A model generated the notes under the pieces. The model was not told where the DNA came from. It searched no databases and saw only the letters and a program-made list of their open reading frames with translations. The translations under genes and the position numbers were made by a program. 64,000 nt of DNA from Amycolatopsis sp. (GTDB taxonomy: Bacteria; Actinomycetota; Actinomycetes; Mycobacteriales; Pseudonocardiaceae), in the NCBI GenBank assembly GCA_036502365.1, contig DASXYS010000219.1, forward strand, positions 8 to 64,007. Direction: 5' to 3'. Shown here piece after piece: positions 61,601 through 64,000 of this stretch. How positions within the stretch are numbered: position 1 is the stretch's first letter; each line of letters opens with the position of its first letter.

Positions 61601-63183
61601 GCGAAGTTCTGCTTGAAGTAGTCGTAGAGCAGCCGGGACCGCTGCGACAGCACGGCGACCGGGGTGTCGGAGCCCATCGAGCCGATCGGCTCGGCGCCCT
61701 TGGCGGCCATCGGCGCGAGCAGGATCTTCAGCTCCTCCTCGGTGTAGCCGAAGGAAAGCTGGCGGCGCAGCACCGAGTCGTGGCTCTGCACGATGTGGTC
61801 GCGGTCGGGCAGGTCGGCCAGCTTGAGCAGCCCGGCGTGCAGCCAGCCCTCGTACGGCAGCTTCGCCGCGAGCGCCGATTTGACCTCTTCGTCATCGACG
61901 ATCCGGCCGGCCTTGGTGTCCACCAGGAACATCCGGCCGGGCTTGAGGCGGCCCTTGGCGATCACGTCTTCCGGGGCCACGTCGAGCACTCCGGCCTCAC
62001 TGGCGAGCACCACGCGGTCGTCCGCCGTGCGCCACCATCGGGCCGGGCGCAGGCCGTTGCGGTCGAGCACCGCGCCGACCAGGCGGCCGTCGGTGAAGGT
62101 GACGCAGGCCGGGCCGTCCCACGGCTCCATCAGGCTGGCGTGGAACTGGTAGAACGCGCGAAGTTCAGAGGACATGGTGCCTGAATCTGATTTGCCGTCT
62201 CCGACGGCGGCGTTTTCCCACGCCTCCGGGATCATCATCAGCACCGCGTGCGGCAGCGACCGGCCACCGAGGTGCAGCAGCTCCAGCACCTCGTCGAACG
62301 AGGCGGAGTCCGAGGCGTCCGGCGAGCAGATCGGGAACAGCCGGGTCAGGTCGCCCGGGATCAGGTCGGCTTCCAGCAGCGCCTCGCGGGCGCGCATGCG
62401 GTTGCGGTTGCCGCGGATGGTGTTGATCTCGCCGTTGTGCGCCACGAACCGGAACGGGTGCGCGAGCGGCCACGACGGGAAGGTGTTGGTGGAGAAGCGC
62501 GAGTGCACCAGGGCGATCGCACTGGCGAGCCGGGGGTCGGCGAGGTCGGTGAAGAACTTCGGCAGCTGCTCCGGCGTCAGCATGCCTTTGTAGACGAGCG
62601 TGCGCGCCGACAGCGACGGGAAGTACGTGCCGCAGCCCGCGGTTTCGCTGTCGTGCTCGGCGCGCTTGCGCAGGCAGAAAGCGAGCCGATCCAGCTCCAG
62701 GCCGGTTTCCTCGTGCTGCGAGGCGACGAAGAGCATGGCGAAGTGCGGCATCACCGAGCGCGCGCTGGGGCCGATGTCCGCGCGGTCGGCGTCCACGGGG
62801 ACCTCGCGCCAGCCGAGGACTTCGAGGCCCTCCTCATCGGCGATGCGCTCCGTCAGCTCGACGGCCTTGCGACGCTGCTCGGCGTCGGCGGGCAGGAACG
62901 CGATGCCGGCGGCGTACGCACCGAACTCGGGCAGGGGGAAGCCGGACTCGGCGCGCAGCAGCTCGTCGGGGAGCTGCAGGAGGATGCCGGCACCGTCACC
63001 GCTGGTCGGCTCGGCCCCCGCGGCGCCGCGGTGGTCGAGGTTGGTCAGCGCGGTCAAGCCGTCGGTGACGATGCCGTGGGAGCGTCGCCCCTGGATGTCG
63101 GCCACCATGGCCACACCGCAGGAGTCCTGCTCGGTCTCCGGGTCGTAGAGACCCTGCTTGCCGGGAATGGCGGAGAAGATCAT
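58615..63183 (-). CDS. gltB: glutamate synthase large subunit
   Basis: DSCGV N-terminal Cys, [36 protein letters not shown]; GGAGG RBS. Confidence 0.97.
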   Translation of the reverse strand: MIFSAIPGKQGLYDPETEQDSCGVAMVADIQGRRSHGIVTDGLTALTNLDHRGAAGAEPTSGDGAGILLQLPDELLRAESGFPLPEFGAYAAGIAFLPADAEQRRKAVELTERIADEEGLEVLGWREVPVDADRADIGPSARSVMPHFAMLFVASQHEETGLELDRLAFCLRKRAEHDSETAGCGTYFPSLSARTLVYKGMLTPEQLPKFFTDLADPRLASAIALVHSRFSTNTFPSWPLAHPFRFVAHNGEINTIRGNRNRMRAREALLEADLIPGDLTRLFPICSPDASDSASFDEVLELLHLGGRSLPHAVLMMIPEAWENAAVGDGKSDSGTMSSELRAFYQFHASLMEPWDGPACVTFTDGRLVGAVLDRNGLRPARWWRTADDRVVLASEAGVLDVAPEDVIAKGRLKPGRMFLVDTKAGRIVDDEEVKSALAAKLPYEGWLHAGLLKLADLPDRDHIVQSHDSVLRRQLSFGYTEEELKILLAPMAAKGAEPIGSMGSDTPVAVLSQRSRLLYDYFKQNFAQVTNPPLDAIREELVTSMARIMGPERNLLAPGPASCRHLNLPYPVIDNDELAKLIHVNDDGDLPGFACSVLSGLYEVSGGAEALASAIERVRREASEAIAAGARTLVLSDRDSDHRMAPIPSLLLVSSVHHHLVRTKERLRVALVVESGDAREVHHIALLLGYGAAAVNPYLAFETIEDMIASGGITGIEAVKAIRNYVQALVKGVLKIMSKMGISTVGAYTAAQVFESLGLSQDLLDEYFTGTSSKLGGVGLAVLAEEVAVRHRRAYPDNPTERVHRGLDTGGEYAYRREGELHLFTPETVFLLQHAGKTGREDVYRKYTDEVHRLYREGGTLRGLFKFREGAREPVPLDEVEPAEAIFKRFNTGAMSYGSISAEAHETLAIAMNRIGGRSNTGEGGEDPERLYDPERRSAIKQVASGRFGVTSEYLVNADDIQIKMAQGAKPGEGGQLPPNKVYPWIARTRHSTPGVGLISPPPHHDIYSIEDLAQLIHDLKNANEHARVHVKLVSSLGVGTVAAGVSKAHADVVLISGHDGGTGASPMNSLKHAGTPWEIGLAETQQTLLLNGLRDRITVQVDGAMKTGRDVVIAALLGAEEYGFATAPLVVAGCIMMRVCHLDTCPVGVATQNPELRERYTGQVEHVVKFFEFVAQEVRETLAQLGFRTLDEAIGHAEMLDTDEAVAHWKTSGLDLKPIFDMPTETPYGGAKRRVRGQDHGLEHALDRTLIQLAEAALEDAHPVRLELPVRNVNRTVGTLLGSEITRRYGGEGLPEDTIHVLLTGSAGQSLGAFLPSGITLDMVGDANDYVGKGLSGGRIVVRPDPAASFAAERQTIAGNTLAYGATSGEMFLRGQVGERFCVRNSGATAVAEGVGDHAFEYMTGGRAVVLGPTGRNLAAGMSGGTAYVLDLDLAKVNRDMVDLTAPDAEDLAWLKQTVRKHHDLTRSAVAASLLGDWTRRSAAFTKVMPRDYQRVLDAAKAARAAGRDVDEAIMESARG

Positions 63184-63278
63184 GGAAAAGGGACCTCCTT
63201 CGTCGTCTTCGTGCGGTGGCCGGCGGACCGGCCGTGGGGAGCGCACGGGACGACGATGGCCCGCTTGTTAGCGCGACT

Positions 63279-63294
63279 TTAACACCTGGGAAAC
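63279..63294. promoter_or_regulatory. candidate GlnR box overlapping the gltB promoter
   Basis: TTAAC-N6-GAAAC (consensus GTNAC-N6-GAAAC), overlapping a minus-strand TAAAGT -10. Confidence 0.45.
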
Positions 63295-63554
63295 ACAGCA
63301 GCAGCGCCTCGGAGCGGGCAGAACGACCGCGAACCGTAACGATCTGGCTGCGCGGAACGACGTAGTTCCTGATGAGACCCAGGTAGTTCGCCATGCTAAC
63401 TACCCGATCTGGGTGAGTGCCGTCAAGTCTACCGGGACACCCGGTTTCCGGCGGGTCAGGAAAATAACAGCCACCCAGTGTGTCCAGTCCGCTGCGCGGA
63501 GTCGGCCGGAGTGACCGCTGCCAGCCATGCGTGAAACGTGTTAACGTCCGCCGC

Positions 63555-64000
63555 ATGATCCTCGACCGGTTCCGGCTCACAGATCAGGTAGCGGTGGTCA
63601 CCGGAGCGGGCCGTGGGCTCGGCGCGGCCACCGCGGTGGCTTTGGCCGAAGCGGGCGCGGACGTGGTCATCGCCTCCCGCACCGAAGCCCAGCTGCGGGA
63701 GGTCGCCGAGCGGGTCGCCGCCACCGGGCGCCGGGCGCACGTGGTGGCCGCCGACCTGAGCGACCCCGCCGCCGCGGCCGCACTGGCCGAGGCGGCGACG
63801 AGCACGTTCGGCCGGCTCGACATCGTGGTCAACAACGTCGGCGGCACCTACCCCCGGCCGTTGCTCGAGACCACCACGGAATTCCTCGAGGAAGCCTTTC
63901 GCTTCAACGTCTCCACCGCCCACGCGCTGACCGCGGCGGCCACCCCGGCGCTGCTGGAGAACGGCGGCGCGGTGGTCAACATCTCGTCGATCATGGGCCG
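63555..64000 (+). CDS. SDR oxidoreductase, 3'-truncated by window edge
   Basis: Read from sequence: [23 protein letters not shown]...DIVVNNVG; TAACGT -10 lies 7 nt before ATG. Confidence 0.85.
   Translation, partial: MILDRFRLTDQVAVVTGAGRGLGAATAVALAEAGADVVIASRTEAQLREVAERVAATGRRAHVVAADLSDPAAAAALAEAATSTFGRLDIVVNNVGGTYPRPLLETTTEFLEEAFRFNVSTAHALTAAATPALLENGGAVVNISSIMG

Noticed and set aside
58564-62184. 1206-aa plus-strand ORF and other long antisense or alternate-frame ORFs (594-2876, 12383-14290, 15461-17806, 43656-46712)
   Set aside because: Shadow frames of well-supported genes in high-GC DNA; low-complexity translations with no motifs

Overview
High-GC actinomycete chromosome window, most likely Pseudonocardiaceae (Amycolatopsis-like; inferred from gene order and an intergenic palindromic repeat). 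It is mostly core genome. In order: gluKR-gluABCD glutamate uptake locus; small accessory genes; a mycobacterial Sdh1-type succinate dehydrogenase operon divergent from edd-eda; recX-recA, DUF3046, a membrane Hsp70-fold protein, lhr and def; a LexA-boxed HEPN gene; metF; crtE-crtI-crtB; Rv2175c-like gene and pknL; WS/DGAT; class II DAHP synthase; gltDB; and a partial SDR. The most unusual block is ~7.6 kb between metF and crtE (36.6-44.2 kb). It holds an orphan MerB-like gene and a divergent six-gene module: a TPR-like/CHAT caspase-like protease, a membrane-anchored TRAFAC-type GTPase and a membrane partner on one strand; a cytoplasmic subtilase, an ECF sigma factor and a putative anti-sigma on the other. 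Other notable signals: an unannotated leaderless 13-aa polyproline leader peptide with an overlapping hairpin upstream of an EamA exporter; PafBC-type and LexA motifs; CRP-like sites at sdh/edd; a REP-like segment inside the 3' end of edd; and two frameshifted genes. No rRNA, tRNA, CRISPR array, integrase or transposase was seen. All family assignments come from motif recognition by eye, not database searches.
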